Shown here one piece after another: positions 62,303-64,000 of a stretch of DNA of 64,000 nt. Source of the DNA: Candidatus Latescibacterota bacterium (GTDB lineage Bacteria; Latescibacterota; UBA2968; UBA8231); contig CBDAOB010000003.1 of assembly GCA_965197905.1 (NCBI GenBank), positions 224,001 to 288,000 of the forward strand, given 5' to 3'. Both the position numbers and the translations under genes were made by a program. Under the pieces are notes generated by a model, which was not told the DNA's origin, searched no databases, and saw only the letters and a list, made by a program, of their open reading frames with translations. The stretch's first letter is position 1, and every line of letters begins with the position of its first letter.

Positions 62303-63238
62303 TCAGCCAGCTGCCTCCGGAGTCCCGTCGACATATGGTTTCAACGCAGCGTAACAAAACCGGTTCAACGGCGTGGGAACACCGAGCTCCTCGCCAAGTC
62401 GAACCGCTGCGCCGCTTAAAGCTTCAAGCTCCAACCGCCGGCCGTTGAGGATGTCGGTGAGTTGCGAGCTGCGCATGGACGGCGCCGCATTTTTTCTGAG
62501 GTATTCGAACTGGCGCTGGGCGAAGCCATCCTCCAAAGCTACACCTTTGGCGACGGCCAGCGTTTGCACCTCCAGCATGACCCCCAGCAGCATCTCGCTA
62601 CACTCGGGAACGGCGAACGCATTGCCGAGCGGCAGTCGCATCAGGGCGAGTACGGAGGAGGTTGCGCAAACGGCTATGAACTTTTCCCATAGCACCATCG
62701 GCATGTCCGCCCGCACCTCCGCTTGCAACTCGGCCTGGTCGAATATCTCCTGGATTTGTCTCGTGCGTTCGCTAACTCCGCCCTTGAGCTCCCCGAACAA
62801 CAGCGGAGCCTTTGAACGGCCGAAGGTAATCATCCCAGGTTCAACAACGCTGCCGTCCGCGTAGGTCGAGCCGCCTATCACCGCTTTCTCGCCCAGTATT
62901 CGTGCAAGCTGCTCACAGCTTGTGACCCCGTTCTGAATCGGCAGCACGATCGTATCGCTGCCCACTAGCGGATCGGCTTGTTGAGCGGCCGTTTCCAGAT
63001 CGTAGGTTTTGACGCAAAACAGGACGAGGTCGACGGGACCCACGTCTCCTGGATCGGTTGTGGCCATAACGTCTACCGTGGCCACCTCGTCGTCGAAATG
63101 TTTCAGTGTGAGTCCCTTTTTCTGGATAGCATCCAGATGGGCGCCACGGGCGATCACCGATACGTCTTCACCGGCCAGCGCTAGGAGAACAGCATAGCGA
63201 CCTCCGAGGCCGCCTGGTCCTACAACCGCAATTCGCAT
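62303..63238 (-). CDS. panE: 2-dehydropantoate 2-reductase
   Basis: VVGPGGLG, FCVKTYD, PIQNG, LWEKF, RSSQLTD...RLE, GVPTP. Confidence 0.9.
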   Translation of the reverse strand: MRIAVVGPGGLGGRYAVLLALAGEDVSVIARGAHLDAIQKKGLTLKHFDDEVATVDVMATTDPGDVGPVDLVLFCVKTYDLETAAQQADPLVGSDTIVLPIQNGVTSCEQLARILGEKAVIGGSTYADGSVVEPGMITFGRSKAPLLFGELKGGVSERTRQIQEIFDQAELQAEVRADMPMVLWEKFIAVCATSSVLALMRLPLGNAFAVPECSEMLLGVMLEVQTLAVAKGVALEDGFAQRQFEYLRKNAAPSMRSSQLTDILNGRRLELEALSGAAVRLGEELGVPTPLNRFCYAALKPYVDGTPEAAG

Positions 63239-63612
63239 CTGCTTCTCCTGTCCGTAGCGGACTGTACTGCTGGGCTAAAGCTGATCAAGATTGGCTCGCA
63301 GGTGGTCAGGCACAATAGATATACCACGTTTCAGATGGCCGCGGTGCGATAGATCAGACGTTAGTTGCCGAGATCTTGGCCCGAATCAAGCGCTTATGTT
63401 ATTGTTCTGTCTAGAACATCACTTTCCAAGGTAAGCATTGAAATGTACACGTGCAGATCGTGTTAATTCGGACGTTCTTGATGCAAAAACATGTGCGTGG
63501 AGCAAAGTGGAAGGCCATTCCATGCTCAATAAGAGTCACGTTCAATCTAAACCCCAACCGATTTTGATATGGGGAATAACAGTTCAATGCACAGGGCAAA
63601 CACTGGAGATCG

Positions 63613-64000
63613 ATGATGCTGGAAATGAGTGAGCGCGAGAAGTTTCTCATGGACTTGCAGGGTTTTCTGCATGTAAAGGACTTTCTGTCTACCGAAGAAG
63701 TACGGATCCTCAACGAGGCCGTCGATGCCAATGTAGACGAGGAAGCGGAGAATTTCTTTCCCAAGGGTGCCAAGTACGGCGGCGGCATGGACGGGCAGTC
63801 CAACAAAGGCACTGCAGAAGGAATGCTGACTTGGGAGCAGCCGTGGTGCCAGCCCTTTCGCGACATGATGGCTCATCCGAAACTCATCCCATATCTCAAT
63901 ACGCTCTTTGGGCGCGGTTGGAGATTGGACGAACTGCCATGGGTCAGCTTTGCCAAGAAAGGCACGGGCGGTCACGGATTGCACGGTACCACCAGTCGCT
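63613..64000 (+). CDS. PhyH-like oxygenase, partial; paralog of 32937-33770 (not in the ORF track)
   Basis: Manual translation: MMLEMSEREKFLMDLQGFLHVKDFLS...GMLTWEQPWCQPFRDMMAHPKLIPYLNTLFGRGWRLD...GLHGTTSR. Confidence 0.8.
   Translation, partial: MMLEMSEREKFLMDLQGFLHVKDFLSTEEVRILNEAVDANVDEEAENFFPKGAKYGGGMDGQSNKGTAEGMLTWEQPWCQPFRDMMAHPKLIPYLNTLFGRGWRLDELPWVSFAKKGTGGHGLHGTTSR

Overview
High-GC bacterial chromosomal window that is mostly accessory and catabolic genes. It holds a CoA-transferase/enoyl-CoA hydratase/DUF3830/amidohydrolase/maleate-isomerase-like operon, a ~1000-aa secreted Asp-rich protein, a C45 peptidase, a TonB-dependent receptor, two TMTC-like membrane-TPR genes, yajQ, recQ, a TRAP transporter, a GMC oxidoreductase pair, four PhyH-like dioxygenases, a REC-HDOD regulator, GH113, a sulfatase, aroK and panE. 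The gene mix resembles marine Latescibacterota/Gemmatimonadota-like organisms (inference only). The clearest structural feature is a nested mobile element. An IS256-family IS (52311-55827, imperfect TIRs, 8-bp target duplication GTCTATTC) has its transposase split in frame, two codons after the first catalytic Asp, by a complete group II intron (52941-55081) encoding an RT/maturase. The IS itself landed between the SD and the ATG of a methyltransferase gene. The best candidate for an undescribed system is the minus-strand cluster at 37.3-42.4 kb: a His-rich helical enzyme-like domain fused to a LuxR HTH, repeated operator-like boxes, then an FMN reductase, two VOC proteins and a second His-rich helical protein. 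Many genes carry frameshifts, a nonsense codon or internal deletions, which could be assembly error or decay. No rRNA, tRNA or CRISPR array was seen.
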